This document shows, in pieces, positions 1 through 13,658 of a stretch of 64,000 bases of DNA. The stretch's first letter is position 1, and every line of letters begins with the position of its first letter. Both the position numbers and the translations under genes were made by a program. This stretch comes from Podarcis tiliguerta. Taxonomy: Eukaryota. The stretch is from NCBI GenBank assembly GCA_965153285.1, contig OZ229113.1; one strand, given 5' to 3'. A model generated the notes under the pieces. That model was not told the DNA's origin. It searched no databases and worked only from the letters and a program-made list of their open reading frames with translations.

Positions 1-729
1 GGTGTGTTCCGTTTTGATCTTGTGAGCTAGAGACTATGCTATTTTGAACTCTGTTTAAAGCATCTTTATTTTAAGATGGAGTGGAACACAGCTTAATATT
101 GTTTGCTTCTCAGATGTCCATATTTATCTAGATGCAATTGTAGCTTTTAAAAAATAATAATAACTGTACATTTGTGCATGGCTTTCACTATTGAGATGAT
201 GACTTTTGGGTGCAAAGGAATAATGAACGCACAAGTGGATGGATGAGATTACGGAATGAGGCTCAAATACAAATTAGTGTGGTTATGCAGCCCCCCTGTG
301 GTTTCTTCTTTATTGAAGAAACAAAATTTGACTTCATCACCACCAGAGAGCACCAGTGTTCTATTTCAACATCCAAATATTTTCAGCATATTTAAAGCAT
401 CTAAACTATTCCTCCTACACTGTATCTTTCCTGGGTGGAAGATACTTCAAAAGACTGGTGATAATGACATTCAGCCCAACAGCTGTGTGTGCTCTTTATT
501 CCAAGAGAAATTAATACAGAATTGGGGGGGGGGGGTACGGGACACTTATTAAAAGCAAACTTCATCCGCCACTGAATGCTTTCAACAGAGAATGATTTTA
601 TCAGCGCCTTCGTCATACTCTTCTAGGCTCCTGCTTAAAAGATTTTGGTTTAGGCAAATCTATCTGGACAGGTGGATGTTGACATATCTTAATCTCTTTT
701 TAGTCTATACTATTAATGTTAATTACCTT

Positions 730-1140
730 TTAAGTTTTTAATGACTGTTTCCAGCTTCCAAAGCCTTTCTCACGAATGAGTATAGCTGTGAGGCAGTGGA
801 GGTTTAGGGTCAGAGTTTTCCTTCTCCTAGATGGGCTAAATTCCCAGGTGGACAATTCCCATCCACCCCTCATCTCCCTCTACAGCAACTGTGCAGTAAC
901 CACCTTCTTGACCAGGCATAGGTAAACTTGGTCCTCCAGATGTTTTGGGACTACAACTCCCATCATCCCTAGCTAATAGGAGCAGTGGTCAGGGATGATG
1001 GGAGTTGTAGTCCCAAAACATCTGGAGGGCCAAATTTGCCTATGCCTGTTCTGGACCATGTGAGCCACTCACCGAGGGTTTAAGACCCATTGGCTACCTT
1101 CACCTGGTTCAACCAGCCTGTTGAAGCCAGTAAACCTCAC
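730..1140. mobile_element. Old dispersed repeat, possibly an RTE-type LINE 5' region; interrupted by a MITE
   Basis: Shares gaggttt-gg-tcag...ttccttctcct-gatgggcta...ctacagca...ggctacc-tca-ctggtt with 11300-11480. Confidence 0.45.
913..1048. mobile_element. Palindromic hAT-type MITE
   Basis: TIR CAGGCATAGG...CCTATGCCTG, near-perfect fold-back; 8-bp TSD ttcttgac/ttctggac; second copy at 44787. Confidence 0.9.
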
Positions 1141-4100
1141 TGATCTGGTGAGGGAATGGCAGAAGGAGTTGAGGGTGGGGAGGGTTTGCACATGGCAGAG
1201 TTTAAAAGCTCACAGTGCAAACCTAACTTTGAAGCATATCTCACTGAGTTCAGTGACATTTACTGCCAGGTAAACACTTTTAGGATTCCATGGAAACAGA
1301 GGAAACAGCTCTTACTTTGAAGTAAATCCCACTGAGTTTAATGGAGCTTGCTCCTGAGTAAGGATGGAATAGTATACCTAAAATACATAAATTGATTCCC
1401 TCCCATTAATGATTAGAAATTTTATCAATAAATACTATGATAACTATAATAAACTTATTAAGTGTTTGATGTGTCGTGGGGTGTTTTTTTTTTCATTGTT
1501 GTTTTCTGCTACAGCGTAACAGCACTACCCTTGGGAATAATAAAACGATAGCAGTAATAAGGCTTAAATCCAAGGATGGGTGCTCTGGCTTTTAGCCGTA
1601 AATTGCACACTGCAGTAAATCTATAAATCATGGCCGTGATTCTTGCATTGCAGCTTAACAATTCTGTGAGCAGGCAAAACCTAGTTCTTATATCACTTCT
1701 TGTAGGATCTTCCTTTCAGTTGTTTTTGTTATTTCAGTTGTTGTTGTTCTACAAGAGACTACTGGTTTATCTAACTAATGGAGAATTGGCATGTTTAAAA
1801 TAAGGAAGGTTTTCTGGGGGGTGCGTTGTGCACATACCAGACTATTCTCCAGATCTGAATGCAACTGCTAAATTACTTCTGACAGGAATCATAATGAAAG
1901 ATAGTGGGAATGGGTTCATATAGGTAATGGTGGACTGCTGAATTAACTAAAGGCCAGAAAATGTTCAAAATAGAAGGGATAGTGATCACTGCATATTTCT
2001 GTAAATGTCAGGGTAACCCATGGCTGTGAAGCAACTAATAGGTTACAACAGAGTTGAGCAGAAATTGGTATTCTTTCTTTCCATTTTAGATATTAAAAAG
2101 AGAGGCACATTTTCTTTCCTTCCGTTTTCATTTGTAAGAATACCACATTATGTTAACCTTAAACAGCGTGCCATTAAACTCAAAAGGGCAGCATTAGGCC
2201 TCATCTTCACTATACGTTAAAAGCAATAACGTATCGCTTTTAACAGCTATGCGAACTGTCGTTTGTTAAGGGATCTGAGAGTTATTAGGAGGCCCATTCC
2301 CAGAGTTCCCTGAGAAGAGGATTTGACTGTTACACCAAACAAGGGACTGTAGCTCTGTGAGAAAAACAGGAGTCTCATAGCAATAACCCACTTACTTTTT
2401 CTGTCCCCACACCAACAGCAAATATAAGTCTTTTTCGCACCATCCATGGCTGGTTTGTTGGACATCAGAAGACTGGTTAAGGATGCTTGATACCTCCTCT
2501 TTAACTTGCTTGTGAAAGACCTTGTCGCAAGGGACTGAAGAGAAAGACGCTTGCCTATTTACATCTGCTGTTGTGTCATTTGCCAAGGCATTATCGGCTC
2601 CAGAAATCACGGCTGTGAACAAAACCGCTGAAGCTGAAAGGCATTGTTGTTTTTAATTAGTAGCAGCCAATTACATCCAACACCTCTGTCGAAAATAAAC
2701 ATCCATTTGATCCTTCCTTTGCCAGCTACCTTTTTAAAACTGCATGGTGGCCTTTGTTCAGAAAACGGTCTATATTTTTTGATATCAAGTAATAGAGAAA
2801 CATCCCAGGCTCCATCATTCGTAGTGATTATTTCAGAGTCCAACCAGGTTTGGTTATTGCTCTAGTCAGTGTTCACAGCAGGCTTTGAACTGCTGAGGTA
2901 AATATTACTCCATGCTTCTGGCAAGGAAATGGCCCTCTGCCTACAATATTTTAGAATGTACATGGTCAACAGTGTCCTAGCAATATCCAACTGGTATGTG
3001 TATGTGTGTGTTTAAAGCTTTCCCACTTAACTAAGTTTCAAAACTTTTAATCTTTAAAACTTAGACTTGCCACGAAAATTCAGCCAATGACAGAGGTGCC
3101 AGGTTGCTCCCAAAATTGAGGGGGCCTGGCCCCCTTCCAACAAATCTTGAGGGGGCCAAAGACACCTCAGCCCGATAGAGTTGACGCACCTGGCCAAGGA
3201 GCATTCTAGTAAATCCAAAGGCTGAGCTGGAAATTCTAGAGACCACCCGCCATGTTTTTAGCAAATTATCCATGGATTTACACTAGACCAGGAAGCTTCA
3301 TTGCCGTTCACCATTTACACTGATGACATTATGCATTCTTGTGACACGTATATTCTCACATTAGCTTATCCTTTTCACATCAAGGCATGCACATCACTGC
3401 AAGATATTAACCATTTCACACCAAGTCTTGTATATCATCCCGCCCAGAGTGGCTGGGGATGGGCGGCAGAGCAATCCTATAGTGGTGGTGGGAGATTCTA
3501 TGGCAGAGCTTACTGCAGCTTCTTAAGCCATGACAGCCCCCAAAATATACTCCGGAGGGTTTGGGGAGCCACCAGAGGAGATTGGAGGCATGGAGAATAC
3601 AAGGGGGAGGTGAGGATAGGAAGTAGCACTACATCTGATGATGTGATGTTGGATCTCACCCTAAATAAATATTATAAAGACAAAAATTGCATGGATATTG
3701 TGGATAAAAGCATTAAGACAAGGTGGGAAGTCCTTAGGTGCCATAATGATTTCTAGTACTGGAGCAACCAGACCATTCTACCATGACTTTTGATATAATC
3801 AGTGAAGGAGGACACTTAAAACAAAACATTTTCCTGTACTGAGATCCACTGTGTTTCACTGATCGAATATTTTCTCTTCTAATGAGTGAAAATGAACAGA
3901 TGTGTTTATCTTTCATGGTTAATTATGGCTTTGTTTGCTGTTTTAACCCCCAACTATTAGACTAATGGATTCAAATTACCACAGTGTTCAGGAACCCATT
4001 AGGATACTTTATTGGGGAACAGGATACTAATGGAATTTCATTTCAATATATTGGATCCTTTACTGAAATATTTTTCAGCACGAAACACTGGAAAAACTCA

Positions 4101-4937
4101 TACTTCAAAACACAAACATGACAATCTAATCGCCATCCCTGCATCCCAATTATCTATTTCATTAATTCACAGAAATATTATGATTTATGCAAACGTATAA
4201 TCTCTGTACACTGTCTGCCACAGCAGGCTAACATTCAAACAGAAATTGAACTAAGACTGGGACCAATGCCCAGTCAATTTCCTAAGATAAAGTGGAGCAA
4301 AAACACTGCCTTCATCATAACATATGTTTATTGCCCAAAACTGAGCAGCTTGAAAAACTGGGAGATGACAACCCAACGCTTTGAAGGCAATTACAGCTGT
4401 GCAAACCCAGAATAAATCAATTAAGGGCCACTGCACATGGAATTATTTGCCACTGAGAGGCCAGTATTCAAAAAGGTCACAGACAAATTCATTAAGAATG
4501 TCATATTGTCGTTTGTTTCTTAGTGAAAATAATTAAAGCATTAATCCCTCAGATTCCCAGCCTGAACTCCAGAGTGGGACCAGCAGGTTCATTCTTCTTC
4601 CTCCTCCATGAATTTTGTGTAGAAGCAAATGTTATTTGGAAAAAAGAAAAGAAAAACCTACTTTTTGCTTGCGTGGTTCAGATGCTGGGCAGCAATGAGG
4701 CAACTGCTTCTGTATTGCATAGGTGGGGGGAACTTCACGCACACATAAAGACACCTATGAATGTGTCTCCTTTGAAATTAAATAAAAAATGTTCTGACAT
4801 ATACAGCAACAGGGGGAGGATTAACTTCCAGACTTTTCGTGGAATTGCCATCTGTTTTTAACTCTTTTCTTTCAATGAAGCATCCAGACAACAGCATTGT
4901 CAGCCCATTGCATTGTAATGTTTTATGTATTATCTAT

Positions 4938-5318
4938 GTTCTTTAGTCGTTTAGTCGTGTCCGACTCTTCGTGACCCCATGGACCAGAGCACGCCAGGCA
5001 CTCCTGTCTTCCACTGCCTCCCGCAGTTTGGTCAAACTCATGCTGGTAGCTTTGAGAACACTATCCAACCATCTCGTCCTCTGTTGTCCCCTTCTCCTTG
5101 TGCCCTCCATCTTTCCCAACATCAGGGTCTTTTCCAGGGAGTCTTCTCTTCTCATGAGGTGGCCAAAATATTGGAGCCTCAGATTCAGGATCTGTCCTTC
5201 CAGTGAGCACTCTGGGCTGATTTCCTTAAGAATGGATAGGTTTGATCTTCTTGCAGTCCATGGGACTCTCAAGAGTCTCCCCCAGCACCATAATTCAAAA
5301 TCATCAATTCTTCAGCAC
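4938..5318 (-). mobile_element. Bov-B (RTE clade) LINE 3' fragment
   Basis: RVPWTARRSNLSILKEISPECSLEGQIL.LRLQYFGHLMRREDSLEKTLMLGK...HGVTKSRTRLND, the Bov-B ORF C-terminus. Confidence 0.92.
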
Positions 5319-6679
5319 CCGCAGCCCCCTGGAGTTTGCTCATATGCAACCATATGCCAATGAAGAAGGCATTGCCAAAATGGAAATAACCAATGCTGAA
5401 CTATTCCATTTCACTACAAATATATGCATACTGAAAAGAATCTGGATATAACATTGTATTCCCACTCCTTTTTATTTGAACATCCGTAACTGAAAACATT
5501 TGCAATGCTATGGCTCCTCTTTCTTATCTCGTCCCAACAGTGATAGCAGAATGAATCATTTGTTTATAATATTTGAGAATCATTGCACTGATTTGCTTTC
5601 CTGTCCTTTGGCTGATGCATTCTTAAATCGCAATGTTGCTCAAAAGAACCAATTAGAAGGCAACAATCCCACAAATTGCAACCCGTCACTGTAGCTTAGC
5701 TTGGGCAGCCATAGATTGCTAGTGCTGTCAATCAGCATTCCTAAAGGGTTGTTTGGTTCCCATCGTAGCATGTCTTGAGGTGAATTGCTATCTTCAGAAT
5801 AACCCCACAGGCCTAAGTTTATCCTGAAATGAAAAGGACATTTTCAGAATTTTGAACCAGATGAGAGAAGCACTACAATGGAGTATCCTGACAGAGGACG
5901 TGTTGGCTGGCAGGGCTGGTGAACATGGGCACATTGCAACAAACAGGTCCTACTTCTGTGTACTTACAGCAAGCAATCCAAAATGGAATGAACTTCAGTT
6001 CACGCCCATCCATTTCCAAAATAAACTAGTTCATTTCATGTTCAACTCAAGTTCACCCAAATGATCTTCAGCAACTGAGCATGCAAAAGAGTGGGTGGTT
6101 TATGAGGAAGGGGACTGCTGGATTGAGTGGTCAGGGGCTGAGTGCTGAATTCTAAGTTAAAAATGGCTGAGTCGGCAGGTATCCAGCATGTGAGTATAAA
6201 TGTATGACGTGCACATACAGGTGAGTTCCCAGAGATGTGTGCAACAAGCTGGTAGTCAAAGTCCATTGTAAAGATAAAGACCCATAAGAAGGGAGAGTCA
6301 GAGGGGGTCTTGAAATTGCCCATCAACAGTTAGCACCTAGACGTCAGACTAAGCAGGCATACAGGTTGCTTGGTTACTGCCTGTCCCACTGTGGTATCGT
6401 ATTTCCATTAAAATTACGATTATTATGGGATTAAGGATTATGGGAGTTGTAGTCCAGCAACATCTGCACAGCCACAGCTTCCCCATCCCTGCCATAAATA
6501 AATAAATATTAAGTTGCAGTTGCAGTTGCAGTTGCAGTTGTTTCTTATTATCACCACTACAAAACCCATCTTCCCAGCTTTCTGAAGAGGTGAGGTCAGT
6601 TTTCATCAGAGTTCACATCCCTTAAATTGTCACGTTCCAGTTGTGTGGCAGTTCCTGTTAACCACGTGCAATCATAGCA

Positions 6680-6680
<1 letters not shown>

Positions 6681-6723
<43 letters not shown>
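6681..6723. repeat. (TAA)n microsatellite
   Basis: About 14 perfect units. Confidence 0.95.
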
Positions 6724-6724
<1 letters not shown>

Positions 6725-7730
6725 CCTCCTTTGCACTATGCTAATCCACAGAAAATGTGTCTTTTTTGTTTCACCTCCCTTTCTATTTTTAGTTTTTAGT
6801 AGTTAAGTTTTCTATCAATGCTAATTGCCCCACTTCTTTATCATCACAGAGTTCCATTGTTTTGCTTCCCACTAATATTTCCCCATTCTAGTACATTGAA
6901 ATCTCTATGCTGTCATTTCGAACAATGCTCTTAAGAGGGACTTCATGTGCCTCTCTGTGTATTTAATATAATTTATCCCCCCAATTTTGTATCCTAACAA
7001 TCTGTGGTTATTCTCTTGTTTTCCACTTTGCTATGTGAGACAGTTTATTTTACTCACCCATTCTCTGCTTGTTTTATATGGTTATAAACCATATAAGCAC
7101 ACAATGTTCTATCCAAACCAGGCATCTCTATTTTATCGGATGCCTGCAAATAGGCTTCTATTATTTTACTTTATGCACACATAAGGATACAGATCCCCCC
7201 CACTTAATGTTCCACAGCTCTTTTTTATATCTCTGCATATTCATTTTACATCAGTTGCTATACTATATATGCCTCAGTTAATTTTCAAAAGACCTCTGAA
7301 AGCTACAAAGGTAGTTAAAGAACAAATCCATTAACAGATGCAGGATTATTGCATTAACCATGAAAAAAGGGTAATATAAAATTGTTAATGTGAGCAGGGT
7401 GGGGATATATATATCCTGAAATGGAACTGTTACAGGTGCCACAAAATGCCAAAATGCAGACACATTCACCGTAATCTTTTGAGCACCTTCTTATAACTTA
7501 CCGTATATGTTTGGTCAAGCAGAAGCAGAACATTGGCATGTGTTTTAAACAGGTTTTTAGCTTATTGGTGATTTTAATTGTTTGTGAATGTTCTCAGTCA
7601 ATGGTTCCCAATTAGCTAAGTACCGCAGAACCCCTGTTTTTCAAAAGCCAAGCCATCCCCAACTTTTGAAAATGTGGATATCTCTAGAGTAGTTTTTGTG
7701 ATGTGTATGGTGCTGCAGACCTCCTGTGGT

Positions 7731-7927
7731 CAGTGGTGAAGCTGCATGCTCCGGCACCAGGGGCGGAGAGCAGGTGGGGGCGTGGCTGGGGTGTGTCCCA
7801 GAGGCGTGGCATGCCGCCCACGGGGACATGGCGCCCAGTGTGGCACGTGTCCGGGGGGCGGCCATGATGGTACCCCCCTCCCCAATGGTGCTGGGGGTGG
7901 AGCGCTCCCCCCGTTCCTCCACCAGTG
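7731..7927. mobile_element. GC-rich hAT-type MITE
   Basis: Imperfect TIR CAGTGGTGAAG...CTCCACCAGTG; 8-bp TSD cctgtggt/cctgaggt. Confidence 0.7.
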
Positions 7928-8557
7928 CCTGAGGTCGTTGTTTTTACTGATAATTTCATTGTTTTATTCTTTTCGTAAACCACTTTGTGGTTGGTTGGTT
8001 TGTTTATAATCAAGCAGTACATAAATGCTGTAAATAAATCACTGGCTCCAGTAGTGGCTGAATGGAGGAGATGTATGGAGACAAATTAGATGTTAATATT
8101 AGCCGTGAGATAATGGTAGTCAATACGACAACAGTTTTTTTCTCTGCCCAAGCCACACATGTCTCTGTCACTGAACTCACACCCTCCTGGATCGCTTTTG
8201 CCTGGTTGCGATGTGTCCACACACTTAAGTGGCCATAATATGATGGTGATCAACCTGGGACTGTCTTCCTCAAACCAGTCACACCCACACCCAAAAGACC
8301 TGTCTCACTAGAGTAGCTTAATGGTTTCAGTATTTTTTTGCAGCTCCTGTGGAAGGACAGGAAAAGATATCATTGGGAGTAAGGTGGACTGGCTGGAAAG
8401 TAAGCCATCTCCTTCCTCCAGCTTCTGCCTCACCAACTTTCTCATGCAGCTGCTGAAGTTATGGGCAACCCAGAGGAAGCAAGGTGGTGGAAAGGTCAGA
8501 GAGCTTGGCTGCCCAGAGAATACTGAGATGGGAGATGTGGTAGAGTATCTGTAGAAA

Positions 8558-8894
8558 CAGGGATGCGGGTGGCGCTGTGGGTTAAACCACAGAGCCTAGG
8601 ACTTGCCGATCAGAAGGTCGGCGGTTCAAATCCCCGCGAAGGGGTGAGCTCCCGTTGCTTGGTCCCTGCTCCTGCCAACCTAGCAGTTCGAAAGCACGTC
8701 AAAGTGCAAGTAGATAAATAGGTACCACTCTGGCGTTTCCGTGCGCTGCTCTGGTTTGTCAGAAGCGGCTTCGTCATGCTGGCCACATGACCCGGAAGCT
8801 GTACGCCGGCTCCCTCGGCCAATAAAGCGAGATGAGCGCCGCAACCCCAGAGTCGGCCACGACTGGACCTAATGGTCAGGGGCCCCTTTACCTT
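8558..8894 (+). mobile_element. Sauria SINE, full length
   Basis: tRNA-like head (GGTGGCGCTGTGG...GGTTCAAATCCC), ACCTTT tail; 12-bp TSD TATCTGTAGAAA at 8546-8557 and 8895-8906. Confidence 0.92.
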
Positions 8895-10410
8895 TATCTG
8901 TAGAAATGGTCATTTAAGTGGCCAAGGAGAAGATCTTGTTCATTATGTATTCAGAAGTTGTTGGCTGGGCAGGGCAATGGCATTTCCCTGACCTCCTGTC
9001 CTTGGCACCACTGCAGTTTGCCAGGAAGAGGAAAGCGGAGTTAATAAACAGGACTTGTTTGTGAGGAAACAGAGCACACAGATCAAGGATTGTCTTCTTA
9101 CACTTGTCTCCAACCTTCACAGGTGCCCTGTGCAAGAGAGAATATTGGGGATGGGCCTGTGGAACTCCTGCCGATGTTCATCCTAGCCCCCCTCTGGAGC
9201 CAGCCATGATTCCAAATATATCACACCAAATTCTCAGATCAGGATGCTGCATTTGATGCATGGCTGCCTCTGAGAGCAGCAGCCCAGGTCTCCTCCTCCC
9301 GTGGGTCGATTTCTCTGCCCGCTGCTCAAGTGCGGCTAATGAAATGGGGCAGGGGCAGGGAATGCAATGACACATTGAGTGCTCTTCAAGGAAGCAGAAG
9401 AGACACACAGCTGCTGTTTTCAATAGCAGACCTGTGTCCAATGTAACATCTAATCCTGGCTCAGAATGATTGCATTGCTCGCCGTGACATTCCTGTTAAC
9501 CAGTTCTGCTTCCTTTTTCTTTTTCTCCCTATTGACAAATCTTTGTTCACTTTCAAAAGAACCAACATTTCAGGTCAAGGAAGAAATGTCATTTATCTCA
9601 CGACCTTGTTCTGCTCTCGCTCCCTCTCCTACAATCATAAGGAAACTGATGTCAAACTGTGAAAGAGCCTTTTCCTTAAATTGTGTTTAGTTCTGCAGAA
9701 TCCTGCTTCTACTACTGGGGTCACCTACATTTTTGTCACTTAAAAACTGGGTTTTATTTTACTTTTGTCTCCTTGGACATCAGCATGCATAAGATTGCGT
9801 GGATGCGTTTAGCTTTGCAAAGGGCTGTTCATTCTTTTTGTAAATTCTGGGCTGGCTGTTTTATATTATAATGGATTGTTTCCCAATGCAGTGCAAATTT
9901 GAGTCATAAATCTGTAAGATGATGTGTATCAGCTTCCTTGTTCTTCTGGTGGGGGGAGGAGGAAATGGAGTGCATCTATGAGAGATATCTACTAGCAACT
10001 GTGCTACACAGTCAATCAACTAATGAAGTATTTTCCTGAGAAAGCTATTAAGCGAATGACTGCATGACTGGACACAATACTGTGTCAATCCTAGCATCAA
10101 AGACAGATGAGAGTTGAAGCGAAGAGGGAAAGTGTAGGTAATCTTCTGCACTGTATTTTTGGTTTTATAGTGAATGTGTTTAAAGAAACCAGTTGCCGCA
10201 TTTCACCGCATAATCGTCGCCACCACATTTTTCCAGCCCTAAAATTGGTTCCATAGCTTTCATGGCGTAATAGTTGCAGAGTATAATTCAATAGCAGGAG
10301 GATCCGCAGAGCTGGGCTAGCAGTAGCCTTGATTCAAACCTATTACACTTCTTAGGTCTGTATACATCTTTGGACGTGGGTCTCTTGGACTTGCCAATCA
10401 GAAGGTTGCC

Positions 10411-10446
10411 GGTAGGTAGGTAGGTAGGTAGGTAGGTAGGTAGGTA
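10411..10446. repeat. (GGTA)n microsatellite after a Sauria SINE head remnant
   Basis: ggacttgccaatcagaaggttgcc followed by (ggta)9. Confidence 0.85.
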
Positions 10447-10949
10447 GATGATAGATAGTTAGTTATTGGTGTGTGTTTTCCTTTTTGTAAATCTACCAAA
10501 TAATAAAATAAAATTGGGATTAATGGGTTTTCTCAGGACGGTGGAGGGTGTGTGTTCTTTGGACCCTCGGTTAAGTGGTGGTGACACTCACCTTTCTTCT
10601 GATAGGAAATGTTTTGCGGGGGAGATGGCAAAAATGGAGGGTTATTTGGGGAGGGGAGTGAGATCCATCTGAGGAATGTTGGGGGGGAGTATGGGCTGTA
10701 TGCCTGTGAGTGGCTGAACACAACCACTGCTGGTATGTGGCTCCCAGAGGGTTGGCTAATAGGGAATGAGACCCTTGAACCTAGAGATTAGTCACCCTTG
10801 CACTGCACCATGGTTGGTTGAAGCAAACAAATGGAGATACGAAATGTCCTGGGCGAGGGAGGATGGAGGGGCAGGGATGTGTACTAGAACACTGGGGGGA
10901 AATCCCTGTTTCCTAACCATGTTCTGCCTGCAGTGACTCTGCCGCTATG

Positions 10950-11600
10950 ATGAGCTTGTTGGCATCCGTCTGCCTCGAGAGACAATGAAGTGCACCTCGG
11001 GGGTCAAACTCTGTTGTTTTTTGCTGCATTAGCAGCACCAAAGTGACCTCTCCCGGGACAAAACCTTGGTAGTGTGTATGGAGGTCCTGGGCTGCCCAGA
11101 TGACAAGATACCCCTCCTGGCCTCACTGATGGTGGTCCAAAGGAAAGGAGAGCAATATGTTTGGCACCAGCCTGGCTTCAGGAGTTGCTGAAAGAAGGCA
11201 GACAAGGTGCCATAATAGTCTTAGGGACGCCACTCTGGATTTGTGTAGGGTTTCTTTTTTACTCCTCAGCTGTTTCTTCTCCCGAAGATGTCCCACAAGA
11301 CAGCAGAGGTTTGGGATCAGGTATTTCCTTCTCCTGGATGGGCTACCTTCCCATCTGCACCCCACTTTCCTCTACAGCACGTGGAGAAACTGCCATTGAA
11401 CTCACTGTTGGTGTCTCCAGAGCCTCACTGAGGGTTTGTGACCCATCGGCTACCCTCAGCTGGTTTATCCAGCCAGCAAAAGCCGCTTCCTGGGGTGTGG
11501 CTGCTGTCGCATGCAGACAGCTTCTAGGAGCCACAGATGAGAGCTGAGTGCAGGTGGGGATAAAGGTGGACAAACTACCCCAGAAGAAGCCTGACATGTC
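10950..11600. mobile_element. Dispersed repeat, possibly an RTE-type LINE 5' region
   Basis: Similar to 730-1140; family assignment from recall only. Confidence 0.45.
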
Positions 11601-12468
11601 CACCACCAGAGATACCATCTGTACCCTAACACTCAAACCATAGCTTCTTTTTTCAGTGGCTTTTTGGCTTAGCATTGAAAGAGAGCAGTGGAGTTATGAC
11701 CCGGGTAATTCCCCCTTAGAAGTGCTGGCTGCCTTCTGGGCTCTATCTAATTGCTAACAAGCCACCACAGGGAAACTAAGGTAATAAGACTCCGCTGCCA
11801 GTCACCTTGGCCAGTGGAGCAATATGAAGTTATAGCTGTGTGAAGATATAAGGTTTTTTTCCCCCAGTGTGTGCTATGAAGCTATTGAATATTGCAAGGA
11901 ATGCCCTACAGAGAAGACATGCCTATTCCACAGTGCCTCCCAAACTTTCAGAAAACATGCCCTCTAGATTCCTTTGAAGACAATAGTAATGACATGGCAA
12001 GTCAGAATATTGCTATGATTCAGTTAGATTTGCCAGTTTGGGGCTAATAGCTTAGCAGGTTGCTGTCTGACAGGTGCTAACAAGAGTATGCAAATCCTTC
12101 CATTCCTCACTCGCTTAGCTATTATCAGAGTAAGAGGAAATCGAGCTTCTGAAATACCTATAAACTTTGATTGAACTAAATTATTTAAATGCTGGGATTT
12201 TATAGGCTACTTGTTGAATTTTCTGAGCGACCTTCCCGTGTCTGTAGCAGCAGCAATCAAGGCACCGGTTTAGCCAAATCCATATGTAATGCAAGTGTCT
12301 AATGCAAATATGGTTCAAAGAGGCACTTTGCAGAGGGCAAACCCATCTGCGTCTCAAGCTCATCTTAACAGCCACCCAGGTGCTCTGGTGTGGAATGCAA
12401 GACTTGCATTTTGAGTACAGTAGAGCTACTCTAGTACTTCCTGGTTTATACAGAGCAACCCAAAGCAG

Positions 12469-12631
12469 CAGAGGAGCCAGCTCCTAGGGGCCAAGGAATC
12501 TTCAACACACATCCCCTAAATTTGATGGGCTTTGCCATTCAAATGGTGTGTGTGTACCACGTCATGTGATCAATTATGCAGGGCAAGGCTTATCTGGGCC
12601 CTGTGGTATTTTATTCAAGTTGGCACCCCTG
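12469..12631. mobile_element. hAT-type MITE
   Basis: Perfect 8-bp TSD CAAAGCAG; ends AAGTTGGCACCCCTG; same family as 39017-39209. Confidence 0.88.
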
Positions 12632-12834
12632 CAAAGCAGGATGGGTAGGGAAGCGATGGATGAGTGACTACTTCCAAACCCCTGATGTCTTGCACCGGCC
12701 ATGATAGGGGAGGAGCGTTTATTTCTTTTTGTAACCAGTGCTCCAGGGTAAAATGCCTCTAAGGGAAATGGAGTGGTTTTTAATCTGGTGGATCCAAGGC
12801 TGTGTCTGCCCTGTCCCCAAAATGCCCCATTTGG

Positions 12835-13096
12835 ACAAAATGAACTGGACTTCTTGAATAAACTTTTTATTGATAACAGCTAGTTAGATAAATTAAGGAT
12901 CTGTACAATTTTGTAACATGCAGAGAATAACATTTGTTGATAAACCAGAGAGAGGAGCTGAGGGAAGTCTGAGGGGGGGAGGGGGTTACATTTTGGGGAG
13001 GGGGAAATAGGGGGGAATTAAGGATGATATGTATTTTGATAAAATGTTTTGTTGAAATTCCTAATAAAAAAAATATTTAAAAAAACACAATTTTAA
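12835..13096 (+). mobile_element. 5'-truncated poly(A) retroposon, L1-like 3' end
   Basis: 16-bp TSD AAAATGCCCCATTTGG (12819-12834, 13097-13112); G-rich tract, AATAAA and A-rich tail. Confidence 0.8.
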
Positions 13097-13127
13097 AAAA
13101 TGCCCCATTTGGGGCCTCACACTGGTT

Positions 13128-13497
13128 TGTTGTTGTTGTTTAGTCGTTCAGTCGTGTCCGACTCTTCGTGACCCCATGGACCAGAGCACGCCAGGCACTC
13201 CTGTCTTCCACTGCCACCCGCAGTTTGGTCAGACTCATGTTTGTAGCTTCGAGAACACTGTCTAACCATCTCGTCCTCTGTCGTCCCCTTCTCCTTGTGC
13301 CCTCCATCTTTCCCAGCATCAGGGTCTTTTCCAGGGAGTCTTCTCTTCTCGTGAGGTGGCCAAAGTATTGGAGTCTCAGCTTCACAATCTGTCCTTCCAG
13401 TGAGCACTCAGGGCTGATTTCCTTAAGAATGGATGCGTTTGATCTTCTTGCAGTCCATGGGACTCTCAAGAGTCTCCTCCAACACCATAATTCAAAA
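13128..13497 (-). mobile_element. Bov-B LINE 3' fragment
   Basis: Bov-B ORF C-terminus, (CAA)n tail; 14-bp TSD GCCTCACACTGGTT at 13114-13127 and 13498-13511. Confidence 0.95.
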
Positions 13498-13658
13498 GCC
13501 TCACACTGGTTACCAATTGCCTAACCCCCACCAGAGGTTGAACTGCATCCACAGCTCCACCCACAGGCATGGTCAGGGCTTCTACAATGGACATGGCTCC
13601 TCTGTCCCAACCTAAATCGTTCCACATGCTACAACGGGTGGAGAAGCTGCCTCTAGCT

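Noticed and set aside
6830-7500. Possible old L1 fragment on the minus strand
   Set aside because: Composition is suggestive, but I could not recover a diagnostic motif or TSD, so it is not listed as a feature.
8558-8660. tRNA genes at the A/B-box motifs (also 26023, 28270, 42557)
   Set aside because: They are SINE heads continuing into SINE bodies and simple-repeat tails; no complete cloverleaf seen.
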